Below, piece by piece: positions 1-10,000 of a stretch of 24,655 nucleotides of DNA (position 1 is the stretch's first letter; each line of letters begins with the position of its first letter). A program made the translations under genes and the position numbers. The notes under the pieces are model-generated. The model saw only the letters and a list, made by a program, of their open reading frames with translations, had not been told where the DNA came from and made no database searches. The stretch is from a virus (Duplodnaviria > Heunggongvirae > Uroviricota > Caudoviricetes). Where the stretch lies: IMG/VR virus record IMGVR_UViG_3300021387_001267, positions 64,001-88,655 of that record; one strand, 5' to 3'.

Positions 1-370
1 TTTTACCAAGTACTGATGTAATCTTTGGATCGCCATTAATGTCAACAATATAATGATTAAGTCCAATTTTATCGGTTGGAGCGTACGTAAGATTTTCAAT
101 ACTGATGATATCTCCATTTGGTCTTCGCCCAGTAAGGACTACATGATCAGTATCATTTTTCATATCCGGGCGTCTGTTTGATTCGCTATTGTCGATAATA
201 TATATGACGTTTTCCAATCGTAAAATATAATCTATTTTATTTTCATATAATGTAATTCGCTGAGGATACGTAATACCGGTGACAGATGGCGCAATTTCAG
301 CAGCCGTAGTGTCGAATGTTAGATCACGATAAAACACTCTCACCGTTAAAGGATATAACAGACTAGCCAT
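1..370 (-). CDS. Tail-tip/upper-baseplate or receptor-binding protein, N-terminal part (runs off the window)
   Basis: Not in the ORF track. My translation: ATG at 370 after AAGGGG, open for 123 codons to base 1 (MASLLYPLTVRVFYRDLTFDTTAAEIAPSV...KITSVLGK). Function is inferred only from its position after Tal. Confidence 0.6.
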   Translation of the reverse strand, partial: MASLLYPLTVRVFYRDLTFDTTAAEIAPSVTGITYPQRITLYENKIDYILRLENVIYIIDNSESNRRPDMKNDTDHVVLTGRRPNGDIISIENLTYAPTDKIGLNHYIVDINGDPKITSVLGK

Positions 371-386
371 TTTATCGCCCCTTATT

Positions 387-1643
387 TTACGACGTTATTC
401 TATATTTACCAGTATATTCATTTCCAAACAATCCAGAATTATTATAGTTACGACTAGCTTTTGATTTTCCAATTTCAATTTTAGTGTTTCTTTCATTTAA
501 TACGTCATACTCTGTCGTTACAACTCTGGCATTTATATCGATTCCAAGTTTATTAAAATGAACCCTAACTAGATCGTATAGGGAAATAGAATTAATTGTG
601 TTAACATGATCGACTGTAATATTAATATCCGGTACTCCAAGCTCTATTGTTTTAGCGTACTGCCTAGCTATACCGTTGATATCCGGTTTATAAATATACT
701 TTCCATTCCATTGTTCGTAAATAAGATTTGACCACTTATTGTCCATTGGATCATTTTTATTCACGTTAAAATAGCTGCTTAAATCAACAGGAACAATTCT
801 TTGGCGTTCAAATGAACCTTCAGCATATACAATGTCTCCAAACACTATACTTTCTGTTCCACTATAACTATCATCATCGAAATAAACAAAATCTTTACCA
901 ATACAATAAGGCAATATTCCAGTAATCATTTCAGAAATATTATTCTCTTGGGATAAATCTATTAGATCATCTCCATAATCGATATGGGCAGAAATAGTAT
1001 TGCTTGGGTTACGAATGAATCTAATATTAAAATTATCAAAGGCACATACTCCGCCGAAGTTAGCGATAAGGCTATTATTGGAATCAAATAGTAAACTACG
1101 TATTGATCTTGGTTCATATGCTGTAACATATTCATCTCGCCAGGTTTCTGGACCATACCCGGAAGAAGTTATTGTAAATTCATTGGTTCCAAGACAAATA
1201 TAACTACTGTTATTAATCCATTGTATAATTTCGTCTGGACTGCTGGCAGAAAGATGTATAATTGGTGTTCCATAATATCCAGTCGGCCAATCGCTAAGCG
1301 GCGCTAAATATACCTGCATTAAATCATAACTTATATGTTGCGCTTTGACAGTAACATATCCAGATAATTCTTTTTCTATTGCATAAATTCGAAAGGCCTG
1401 TTTTTTGGCGGATGTTCCTGAATAAGTAAATTCTACTTCATATTTACTGTTATTAACTTGGGCATATATAATGCGATTAGCTATAAGCTCGGAGGCCAAG
1501 TAACCATCGATTGGATATTTCATTTCCAATTCAAATTCGCTTGTGTCTGTTTGCTTTACAATACATGAAATTGCATCAATAAGATCGCCAAGCCCATGGC
1601 CAGTAAATGTCTTGGCATCATGCTCGAATAATATAGGGATCAT
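387..1643 (-). CDS. tal: Baseplate hub / Tal-type minor tail protein (prophage tail endopeptidase-like N-terminus)
   Basis: MIPILFE...GLGDLIDAISCIV...EFELEMKYP, QAFRIY, VKAQHISYDL, YGDDLIDLSQE and ITGILPY are typical of Gram-positive siphophage Tal proteins. The start at 1643 overlaps the dit stop (ATGA). Confidence 0.85.
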   Translation of the reverse strand: MIPILFEHDAKTFTGHGLGDLIDAISCIVKQTDTSEFELEMKYPIDGYLASELIANRIIYAQVNNSKYEVEFTYSGTSAKKQAFRIYAIEKELSGYVTVKAQHISYDLMQVYLAPLSDWPTGYYGTPIIHLSASSPDEIIQWINNSSYICLGTNEFTITSSGYGPETWRDEYVTAYEPRSIRSLLFDSNNSLIANFGGVCAFDNFNIRFIRNPSNTISAHIDYGDDLIDLSQENNISEMITGILPYCIGKDFVYFDDDSYSGTESIVFGDIVYAEGSFERQRIVPVDLSSYFNVNKNDPMDNKWSNLIYEQWNGKYIYKPDINGIARQYAKTIELGVPDINITVDHVNTINSISLYDLVRVHFNKLGIDINARVVTTEYDVLNERNTKIEIGKSKASRNYNNSGLFGNEYTGKYRITS

Positions 1644-2425
1644 ACCGTCCACCACCGAGGTTTTACATAAACTTTAGCATTATTGTCCCATGTAAGTTGC
1701 GTGATTTTTCCGAAATAAAACGGATCATATTCTCCAACGTAACTGGCAGATTGATCAGTATACGTGTAATAAGTCTTGCCTGATTGTGTATTTTTTATAT
1801 ATGTATATACTCGATGTTCTTTTGGATCTAAATATGCAATACTGCCATAACTAGTTTGCATATTTTGAGTATAAACTATATCATCTGTATCTGGTATTCG
1901 ACCCGCAACTTTTTCCCCAATATGCTTAATTGTAAGATTTATAGTACTTCCAAAATGAAACAATGGCCACGCTTTAAATCCAGAAGGATTATAAAATGTC
2001 TGTCCATTCTGTACTTCAACTTCAATATCTCCGGATTTATACCAACGTTCTGGAGCGCAATTGAAAGTTAAAGTGCCTCGACCATATTCGTTAAAATAGC
2101 TTAAAAATTCATGGGCATTTGGAACATATGCCATTCTATAAAAATCTGGAAAATACGAATCTTCTAGTCTGCAATACCCAGTCCCAGAAAGAAGCCAAGA
2201 GGCGATTTTTGGAAGAACCGCCTCAAGGCCGCCTCGATCTTTTGAATCAAGAAAAATCTCGTATGGCTGATCATAATTCTCATAAACTTCCTGATCTATA
2301 ATACGATCGCCATTTCTACCTGGAACGTTATAAACTTCCACTTTTCTTTTTGGAAATATAATCTTTGGATAGTGCTCGACAATCACGCCGACTTCGTCGC
2401 TGCTTACGCCATTAAATATGATCAT
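1640..2425 (-). CDS. dit: Distal tail protein
   Basis: MIIFNGVSS...VPGRNGD, GYCRLEDSYFPDFYRMA, LTFNCAPERW and C-terminal PRWWTV. It lies directly after the tape measure gene. Confidence 0.85.
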   Translation of the reverse strand: MIIFNGVSSDEVGVIVEHYPKIIFPKRKVEVYNVPGRNGDRIIDQEVYENYDQPYEIFLDSKDRGGLEAVLPKIASWLLSGTGYCRLEDSYFPDFYRMAYVPNAHEFLSYFNEYGRGTLTFNCAPERWYKSGDIEVEVQNGQTFYNPSGFKAWPLFHFGSTINLTIKHIGEKVAGRIPDTDDIVYTQNMQTSYGSIAYLDPKEHRVYTYIKNTQSGKTYYTYTDQSASYVGEYDPFYFGKITQLTWDNNAKVYVKPRWWTV

Positions 2426-5400
2426 CCTTTAGCCACCCTAATCCTTTGCGATATTTCATTGATTCTGTTAACCACTCGATCCGCCAGCGCTCTCTCATCC
2501 ATTCCGGCGGACGGATATACATTGACCGTAATTCCACCGAGAGCCTGGTCAGCGGGATTTATGCCGTTGGCCGGCGTATTTGAATTATCACGCTGCGCTC
2601 TTGGATTGGCTACACGAATTCTTCCAGCTGTTTCAGAAGTCATATCGTAGTATCCGCTAAGCTCCGAATTCATATCGGTAACCGCAGAATCGACGTTCGA
2701 CATGTCAACTACTGGCGTAATGGTCGGCTGCAGACTCATATCGGCATTAATCATTGACATCATCTGCGCCATCGCATTTTGAAATGAATTTAGCAGCGAA
2801 CCGGTCACAACATCGGCCGTTCCATAAACTTCCTGGCTTCCGTCGGTAATACCGTTCATAAGACCTTCCATCAGGTAAACGCCATTTTGTGCCATTGCTT
2901 TGGAAGGTGACGCAATTCCGGCAGCTTTGCGCATTCCGTTTTCGACCTGGTGATAAATATGTGCGCCGATCGCTTTAAGACGCTCGCTGAGGGTTGGATC
3001 ACTGTACATTGACTGCTCAAGACCGGCAACCATATATCCAGCCATAAGAGGCGCATTGACATCTGTCTGCTGATTCCAGCCATCCATAACGGCATTGTTG
3101 TCAAACTGCGCAGCACCGAACAATGAGTCGTAGGATGTTTGACTCTGCATTTCAGTAGCCGTAGCACTGACTGTCGTCGTGGCAAGATTGAATCCGCCGG
3201 TATCGAACATCATCGTGGTTTCTTCTCCGCCGATAGTGCTTCCGAAAAATCCACGGATACCGTTCATCATGTTTTCGATGTTCAGGCCGTCTGTAAGTCC
3301 GCTTGTCAGCTTTCCGATGAATCCCCCAATAACATTGGTTCCGCTTTCACCGGCCGCAGTCATCGCTTCGTCTCCGCCGAGATTACCGGTAAGAAAACTT
3401 GCGACATTTCCACCAAGACCGCTTAATCCTCCGCCTTCACCAAAACTGCCGGCCATAAATCCCGTAGGATCCATTCCAAAACCGCTTTCGCCAGTAGCTC
3501 CAAGCATGCCGGTTAAGTCTCCGCCGCCAAGAGCACTCATCATACCGGTATAGTATGCTTCTTGTGCCGTCTTGGCATCAGTGGCTCCTTTTTCAGTAGC
3601 GGCGGTTTCAACGTCCTCAGTTTGCGGATAGCCCATCGCAGATAGCCATTGGTCCATTTCCTCTTCGCTAAGACCGGCTGCTTCGTCAAGGCTAAATTCT
3701 TCAATTCCATTTCCGCCATTATCAGAAAAGGCGGAAGCATATGCGTTATCAAATGTCGATCGATCTTCCGCTGCAACTGCATTGGCTTTTTCTTCCAGTC
3801 CGGCAGTGTCGCTGACAATATCAATATTGTCAGCATCAAGAGCGTATGCTTTATGAATGCCGGGACCTAATTTGCCTTTTGTTGGGTCTCCGATATCTGC
3901 TCCAAAGAATTCAAGTATCTTGCTTCCGAGTTTACCAAGCTGCATGATTCCCTGAGTAATAGCTTCCCAGAGAAGTTCAACAAGCGCGGAAACCAAGTTA
4001 TAAAATGCACTAACAATACCTTCCTTATTGCTTCGAATCGATTCTGCAAGACTATTAATAAATGTTACGAGGATTTGTATTACCTTATCTACCATCTCCG
4101 GAGTAATTGCTCTCAGAAAAGTAAGGGCCGCAATAAGAATTGTTCCAAGGGTAACGAGCAGTTTCTTCAAAAATGTAGAATTCTGTAAAACTGTAAGAAT
4201 TCCGTCAGCGTATGATGCGATTACCTTGATAAACTCTGCTTTTCTCAGAAGCATAACCAAAAGGATCGCAGAGAGAACAAGACCGATAAATCCGACAATT
4301 TTCCATCCATTTTCCTGAAGCTGATCCATAACATAAATAATGCCGTCAATCAACATCGGAAGCGCTGCGGCCACAATATAAATTCCAGCCGCAATTGCCA
4401 GAAACGAAAGCCCGAAGATTCCGCCTGCTGCTGCAGCTCCAAAAAGCCCAACGCCGAGCGCGAGTGCTGCAAGTCCAAGACCAAGAAACAGCGGAAGCTC
4501 CGGGGCTAGAACGTCATGCATTGCCTGGAAATCGGCTTTCATCTGTACCCACGGAAGCTGCGAAAGACCGACCATGCTGCCGATAAATGACGTAATCCCA
4601 AAGGACATCATCGTAAGCACAAGCGCCAGAGACAGAAGGATCGCAATAACGGCGATAACTTTTCCTGCGCTGATCCCCTGCAACTGTCCCGCCATTACGA
4701 CAAGGCCAGCACCAAGTATAACAAGTGCTGCCGCAATCGCCATAATAGCAATTCCTGCTCCGATCAGACCTTCTTTTGGCAATGCAGCCAATGCAAGAAC
4801 CCCGGGCATAAGTAATCCAATAGCAACGGCCAAAATAAGCATCGACGCCGCAACCTGCATCATTGGCTTTGCAGAAAATCCATCGCTGGCAAGTGCTGAC
4901 ATAATGGTAAGAAGTACAACAATCCCAAGGATAACGCCAGCAACAATTGCAAGTCCTTTACCAACATCCTGAATTTTGGAAGCAATGCCGATAGTTTTAA
5001 CAATGGAACGAATAACAATTCCAAGCGCCAGTATCGAAGCGGCAATGCCAGCTATCATACCACCGCTGAACCTTGGCATATTTGACAGCATGTACATAAC
5101 AACGGCTATTGCGGCAATAGCAACTATGATCACGCCAAGTGCCCCGGCAAGTCCTTTTTTTTGCGAAGCGTCAAAGCCACTTAGGGTATTTGTTAAGCCA
5201 ATAAGTTCCTTAATAATAATATGCACAAATAATGCAACAGATAAGATCACAATGGCAAGCTTTCCGCCGTACTTCATTTTACTGGAGGCCGCAGCCATCA
5301 AACCTACGAATATAGTAAGCGTGGCCATAATTCCGCCAAGGATGATGAGAGCCGGCTGCACTTGCTCAAGACTCTGAATATCTCGAATCTGATTAAACGC

Positions 5401-8400
5401 ATGAATAATTGCAACAACCGCAATTGCAAACGCAATCAGGATCTGGGCAACATTGGAAAATACGTTGACGTTTAATCGGGCATTGGTGAAGTCTGCCGAA
5501 AATGCGCTCTTTAAATTTTCAAATGCCTTAATGGTATTTGTGATAGGATTATTCTTCGAAACTGATTTCGTATTATTGGAAAACAGCGCGGAACCTTCCA
5601 GATTTTTTGCGATCTTTGACATCATGAACAGCAGCACGCCAATTGATACAACAGCATTGAAGAACGCCTGTGTATCACCGACCTGTGTCAACAGATAAAT
5701 TGAACCTGCAAGAATTCCGATGGCCACCGCGATTCCGATAAACCGCTGGACAGCTGCTGCTTTTGAAATAGCCTTGCTCAACGCCGTAAATGGTGCAGTA
5801 ATGTTCGTTACAAGAAGCCGCAGAGAACCTAATGGACCATTCGTATTAAGCGCCTTTACTGCTTTGTTCAACCCGAAAAACAAGTCGTTAAACTTGTAAA
5901 TAAGATAACCGATCAGGCCCATTTTGCCGGCGCTTAGAACAGTATCCCAGTTGATTTTCTTGTACTCTTCCGCTACAACATTCTTAAAAACATCCCAGAA
6001 GTTTCTGAGTTTGTCCTTTAACGTTGCCGTATCGCTGTTAAAAAGATCACTGAGACCTCCGATACTGGTCTGCAAATTATCAATCGACCGCGTCGCGTCG
6101 TCGCTTCCGCCCTTAAGATTGTTAAAAAACTCCTTTACTTTCTCGCTGATGCTTCCATTTCCGCCGAATAGTTCGATAAAAGGAGCTGCCAGCGTACGAA
6201 GCATCTTTGCAATTGGCGAATCGCCCTGGAGAAAATCCGTGACCGGTTTAAAGAATTCTCTAAAAGAAAACTTCTTGATTTTGTCGACAATTCCATCAAT
6301 TCCGTCGCCGCTCGTTTTAAACAACTTCCCGACGGTATTAATAATTCCCGTAAGAATAATTCCGAGTCTTTCAATGATGCTGCCGAGAGTTCCGAATTTT
6401 GAATTTATATTCTTGTTGCCGGTGAATATGCTTAGTACTTTATCGACGAGGGCAAAAACAACGGTCCGTATGGACTTTGACAGCTTAAACATATTCTTGA
6501 GCGGAGATGCCATCGCTTTCAGAACATTAAAAATCGATTCGGCTGCTGCGCGTACGCTATCAATAAGGCCGCTGCTGGTCTGCAGACCATCTTCCGTCGT
6601 TTCCGTAAGCTTCAGTGTAAGTCGATAGATTCTCTCAAGGAGACCACGAAATCCTTTGCCTCGAGCTTCGGCAGTTCCAAATACTTTATCAAACGCTTCT
6701 CCGACGGCATCAAATGCATCGGCAAGAGCCGTGACAATATTCAGAACGCTTCCCTGCCAGAGTTCACGACCGCTCATATTGGCGATCTTTCGCTCAAGTT
6801 CAAGTTCTACTTCATCAACGACATCGCCAAGGGCAATAAGTTCGCCGGTTGCGCTGTTAATAACAGGATTACCGGCACCAACTACGTCAATAAAATGCTG
6901 ATAGGCATTTGGGGCCGTAGAACTAAACCAGTCAAGTGTAATGGCATCGAAGCCTTTTCCATTTTCAAGGTTACCGGCAAGCCACTGAACAGTATCATAG
7001 TCCAGGCCCATGGCTTCAATGGCGTCACGCCGTTCCTGGCCTCCGCCATAGTCTCCGCGAAGAACTGCTATTGCAGCTTCTTTATACTGTTCAAGCGCAG
7101 CAGTTGCATCAACTGCACCTTCAACCATAGAAGTTGTAGCTTCAGTTGTGACGCCTGCAATATTATTTAAAATCCCGTTCAGCTGTTCACCGCTGATTGC
7201 TCCGGCACGCATGGCAGCTTCCAGAGATCCATAGTCGTCAACAAGTGCCATAAGAGAAGCATCTTTCGTATCGAGGACATATTTTGCATACGCTTCCTCG
7301 AAATCTTTCATGCTCTTACCGGCGCTTTCAAGCTTGGTTTTCAGCTTGTCCCAGTTGGCGATAGTCTTTTTGATAGTACTGCCGCTTCCGCCGCCGAATG
7401 CGGCTTCGAGAAACTTATTTCGCTTGTTGCCGGGATTAACGAATATCGTGTACAGAGGCTCAATCAGATCACTGAAGAACCCGGAAGCCTGTTTATAGTT
7501 ACCAATGATCAGTTCGAAGCTCTTCATCCAACCGGAACTCATGGCGGATTTCAAAGCTTCCATAGCATCTGACCAGGTCTTTGTCTCCTGACCGGCTCTG
7601 AATGCAGCCAGTCCATATTCGTCGATGTACTGAAGGTACGGTGAATCTTCGTCTATGATTTCAAAAATCTCAGCTCCGGTCTTTTCATGAATCTCCATAA
7701 TCTGATTGAAGGCCTTGGAATATTTTCCCATGGCCATTTCAATCGCTTCACCGGATAACCATTTATTCGCAAAACTCTGTTCAAAGTTTTCAACAGAGAC
7801 TGCTATTTGCTGAGCGCCTTTGCTTGTTTCTTTAATGGCATAGTAAACACCATCTGCACCCTTCTGAAGGTCTCCGGTTGCCACGGCTGCTTCAAGCAGT
7901 TGCGTTTTCAGTTCAGCACTGTTCATACCGGCCGTACGGATCCAGTCCCACTGGGCGGATCCCATATAGCCGCTGGCAATTGCTTTCTGGAAACCCATAA
8001 ACGCGTGCGTCGCGTCTTTTGCGTTTACGCCAGCCTGACCGGCAGCAACAGCCATACCAACGATGGTGTCAGCTGCTGTTTCCATGTCAACGCCGGAAGA
8101 TGTAAAGGCAGACATGGTATTAAGCATGGCGTTATACTCATAACTTGTTTCGTCCGTAAAGGTCAGAATTTTATCTGAGATCTTCTGGACTTCTTCCATG
8201 CTCTTGCCGGTCGCGATCATCAGCTTCTGAATAGCCGCTACCTGATCTTCATATTTCTGGAAACCAGGAGAAATAGAATCTGCGCCGGTAATTGCCTGCT
8301 TCGCCAGATTGGCAAAGCTGTCTGTCAGGTTCTCGACCATACGGCGACCTGCAACCTGAAGAGCGCTGAACTTTCCCTCTATTTTATCAATGGATTTTTC

Positions 8401-8568
8401 CAGGATCGATGTATTCAGGCCACTGATTTCGGTATCAGACTTATCGAACTTCAGCGATTTCTTGAGCTTTTCGATGGTGCCCATGGTACGTTCGGCACCT
8501 TTTTCGAACTGGTCGGCGTCCATTCGCATTCGCGCAACATATTCGTCGGTGTACTGTGCATTCGGCAT
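2422..8568 (-). CDS. Tape measure protein (2048 aa)
   Basis: Very long helical ORF between the tail completion gene and dit. It has an N-terminal tape-measure domain (FTDETSYEYNAMLNTMSAF...QKAIASG), a long hydrophobic central region and a C-terminal GIASPSK motif. About 300 nm of tail if ~0.15 nm per residue holds (inference). Confidence 0.95.
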   Translation of the reverse strand: MPNAQYTDEYVARMRMDADQFEKGAERTMGTIEKLKKSLKFDKSDTEISGLNTSILEKSIDKIEGKFSALQVAGRRMVENLTDSFANLAKQAITGADSISPGFQKYEDQVAAIQKLMIATGKSMEEVQKISDKILTFTDETSYEYNAMLNTMSAFTSSGVDMETAADTIVGMAVAAGQAGVNAKDATHAFMGFQKAIASGYMGSAQWDWIRTAGMNSAELKTQLLEAAVATGDLQKGADGVYYAIKETSKGAQQIAVSVENFEQSFANKWLSGEAIEMAMGKYSKAFNQIMEIHEKTGAEIFEIIDEDSPYLQYIDEYGLAAFRAGQETKTWSDAMEALKSAMSSGWMKSFELIIGNYKQASGFFSDLIEPLYTIFVNPGNKRNKFLEAAFGGGSGSTIKKTIANWDKLKTKLESAGKSMKDFEEAYAKYVLDTKDASLMALVDDYGSLEAAMRAGAISGEQLNGILNNIAGVTTEATTSMVEGAVDATAALEQYKEAAIAVLRGDYGGGQERRDAIEAMGLDYDTVQWLAGNLENGKGFDAITLDWFSSTAPNAYQHFIDVVGAGNPVINSATGELIALGDVVDEVELELERKIANMSGRELWQGSVLNIVTALADAFDAVGEAFDKVFGTAEARGKGFRGLLERIYRLTLKLTETTEDGLQTSSGLIDSVRAAAESIFNVLKAMASPLKNMFKLSKSIRTVVFALVDKVLSIFTGNKNINSKFGTLGSIIERLGIILTGIINTVGKLFKTSGDGIDGIVDKIKKFSFREFFKPVTDFLQGDSPIAKMLRTLAAPFIELFGGNGSISEKVKEFFNNLKGGSDDATRSIDNLQTSIGGLSDLFNSDTATLKDKLRNFWDVFKNVVAEEYKKINWDTVLSAGKMGLIGYLIYKFNDLFFGLNKAVKALNTNGPLGSLRLLVTNITAPFTALSKAISKAAAVQRFIGIAVAIGILAGSIYLLTQVGDTQAFFNAVVSIGVLLFMMSKIAKNLEGSALFSNNTKSVSKNNPITNTIKAFENLKSAFSADFTNARLNVNVFSNVAQILIAFAIAVVAIIHAFNQIRDIQSLEQVQPALIILGGIMATLTIFVGLMAAASSKMKYGGKLAIVILSVALFVHIIIKELIGLTNTLSGFDASQKKGLAGALGVIIVAIAAIAVVMYMLSNMPRFSGGMIAGIAASILALGIVIRSIVKTIGIASKIQDVGKGLAIVAGVILGIVVLLTIMSALASDGFSAKPMMQVAASMLILAVAIGLLMPGVLALAALPKEGLIGAGIAIMAIAAALVILGAGLVVMAGQLQGISAGKVIAVIAILLSLALVLTMMSFGITSFIGSMVGLSQLPWVQMKADFQAMHDVLAPELPLFLGLGLAALALGVGLFGAAAAGGIFGLSFLAIAAGIYIVAAALPMLIDGIIYVMDQLQENGWKIVGFIGLVLSAILLVMLLRKAEFIKVIASYADGILTVLQNSTFLKKLLVTLGTILIAALTFLRAITPEMVDKVIQILVTFINSLAESIRSNKEGIVSAFYNLVSALVELLWEAITQGIMQLGKLGSKILEFFGADIGDPTKGKLGPGIHKAYALDADNIDIVSDTAGLEEKANAVAAEDRSTFDNAYASAFSDNGGNGIEEFSLDEAAGLSEEEMDQWLSAMGYPQTEDVETAATEKGATDAKTAQEAYYTGMMSALGGGDLTGMLGATGESGFGMDPTGFMAGSFGEGGGLSGLGGNVASFLTGNLGGDEAMTAAGESGTNVIGGFIGKLTSGLTDGLNIENMMNGIRGFFGSTIGGEETTMMFDTGGFNLATTTVSATATEMQSQTSYDSLFGAAQFDNNAVMDGWNQQTDVNAPLMAGYMVAGLEQSMYSDPTLSERLKAIGAHIYHQVENGMRKAAGIASPSKAMAQNGVYLMEGLMNGITDGSQEVYGTADVVTGSLLNSFQNAMAQMMSMINADMSLQPTITPVVDMSNVDSAVTDMNSELSGYYDMTSETAGRIRVANPRAQRDNSNTPANGINPADQALGGITVNVYPSAGMDERALADRVVNRINEISQRIRVAKG
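6967..7083 (-). other. CW_7 (Cpl-7)-like cell-wall-binding motif inside the tape measure protein
   Basis: Residues ~496-534, KEAAIAVLRGDYGGGQERRDAIEAMGLDYDTVQWLAGNL, resemble the CW_7 pattern AxEVIxGxWGNGxERxxxLxxAGYDYxxVQxxVN. Confidence 0.55.
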
Positions 8569-8960
8569 TATTGTCTGACCTCCTTAAAAGCATCTCTTGC
8601 AATCTGTTCAAAGATCGGCTGTAATGCCGGTTTGATGTATTCTCGGCCGCGAACATAGGCGCCGTTTCTGGTCGCGTGACCGGTTTCCAAAATTACGGCA
8701 ATATTTGCTCTGCCATGTGGTGTAATATTAACGTTTGAATTGCACCATGTAATCACAAAAGATCCTGTGTCCTCATATTTCTTCACAATATAATACCAGG
8801 ACTCCGCTGTTTTTCCGGTGCGTTTTGGAGTGGCGCTTTTCAAAGCCTCCACACCCATCTTTCCGTATTTATCAAGACGTTCTAAGAACTCGTGTTCTTT
8901 CTGCCTTTTGAGGAAGCCTTCCATGTGCCGAAAGTCTCCATGAACTGTCACGTGTATCAT
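8568..8960 (-). CDS. HK97 gp10-like tail completion protein
   Basis: ALKSATPKRTGKTAESW and LETGHATRNGAYVRGREYIKPA motifs. SD AAGGAGG. The stop overlaps the tape measure ATG. Confidence 0.8.
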   Translation of the reverse strand: MIHVTVHGDFRHMEGFLKRQKEHEFLERLDKYGKMGVEALKSATPKRTGKTAESWYYIVKKYEDTGSFVITWCNSNVNITPHGRANIAVILETGHATRNGAYVRGREYIKPALQPIFEQIARDAFKEVRQ

Positions 8961-8977
8961 AGTCGGCTTCCTCCTTT

Positions 8978-9523
8978 TTATCCCTTTGAATTATATCTGG
9001 CCCTTCTGGCAGCGTTCAGACTTGCTCGTCTTGCAGCCGATTCGGATTTCGTCATCTTCTTTTTCGGCTGCTGCTCAATATTACAGACCTCGATCAACGT
9101 CATTAGATGCCCGAAGTGCCACTTTTCACAGGGGTCAAATGGTATATTTAACGCGGTCATCCAGTAATAAATCACTTCATTGGTTATAACTTTCTGGTTA
9201 CCGCGCTTTTGTTGCTGTTTAATGGTTGTTGCGGTATTCGGATCTTGCATATAATCTAAAATAATTTTTAGTGTTTTATTATCGATCCCATAATAAACCG
9301 AAGGATTAACATTCTGCGTAAGCGTCATGCAGCGAATGTAATCGATCAGCTCGTCCCGCGTTTTCTCTTCCCGGGAAATGAATGGCTTATGCCATTTTGA
9401 TTCCCATCGCGCAATGCTGAGCAATGAATGCTCAAGCGTAATGGTATGGTCTTTTGTTATAATAAAGCGATTGGCCGCCGAATCATACAGTTCTTTTCCC
9501 GGGATTGTAACGGTCAGTGGCAT
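8978..9523 (-). CDS. Tail assembly chaperone-type protein 2
   Basis: TITLEHSLLSIARWESKWHKPF, DYIRCMT and EVIYYWMTALNIPF. It lies between the first chaperone gene and the tape measure region. Confidence 0.7.
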   Translation of the reverse strand: MPLTVTIPGKELYDSAANRFIITKDHTITLEHSLLSIARWESKWHKPFISREEKTRDELIDYIRCMTLTQNVNPSVYYGIDNKTLKIILDYMQDPNTATTIKQQQKRGNQKVITNEVIYYWMTALNIPFDPCEKWHFGHLMTLIEVCNIEQQPKKKMTKSESAARRASLNAARRARYNSKG

Positions 9524-9529
9524 TGCAGT

Positions 9530-10000
9530 TTAAGCCGTGGGCATAACGTCGCCGCCAAATCCCTCTTTACGAAGCTGCTCTTTGGCCGCTTCAAGGTCGG
9601 CTTCCGGCACATACGGCATAATGCCCGATGCGAAATCATCAAGAGATTCCTTACCGCTGAGAAGATCATAGACAAATGTGGAATAGGCCTGCGTTTGTCT
9701 AAACTTTTTGTACAGAGGCTTTCCGTTGTCATCTTCTTTCAAAAACAGTGTCGGATCATCTTTCGGACGGACACCGTAAGACCGATCGATAAGGAATTTA
9801 ATAAAATCAACGGCCTCTTTCTTGGAGATTTCGTCTTCTTTCTTATTGGCAAACAGCTTTTTCAAATGCGAAACAAGACCACCCTCTGCTTCATACTCGA
9901 GATCGATGTCCATGCATTCGATCTTGCTGAGGTTGAAATAAGCTTCCATTTCCTGCTCATTTCCGTCGTAGTCAGTATAGTGGATAATTTTCTTAAGCAT
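9530..10000 (-). CDS. Tail assembly chaperone protein 1
   Basis: MLKKIIHYTDYDGNE...YFNLSKIE, LIDRSYG and FRQTQAY. It follows the major tail gene. SD GAAAGGAG. Confidence 0.75.
   Translation of the reverse strand: MLKKIIHYTDYDGNEQEMEAYFNLSKIECMDIDLEYEAEGGLVSHLKKLFANKKEDEISKKEAVDFIKFLIDRSYGVRPKDDPTLFLKEDDNGKPLYKKFRQTQAYSTFVYDLLSGKESLDDFASGIMPYVPEADLEAAKEQLRKEGFGGDVMPTA

Noticed and set aside
9420-9440. TLEHS in chaperone 2 as another L-x-H cleavage site
   Set aside because: It is an isolated occurrence inside a conserved fold and shows the motif also arises by chance.
9704-9710. C AAA AAG as a -1 frameshift site in the tail chaperone gene
   Set aside because: It is not a canonical X XXY YYZ heptamer, and the downstream chaperone ORF is already in the same frame.
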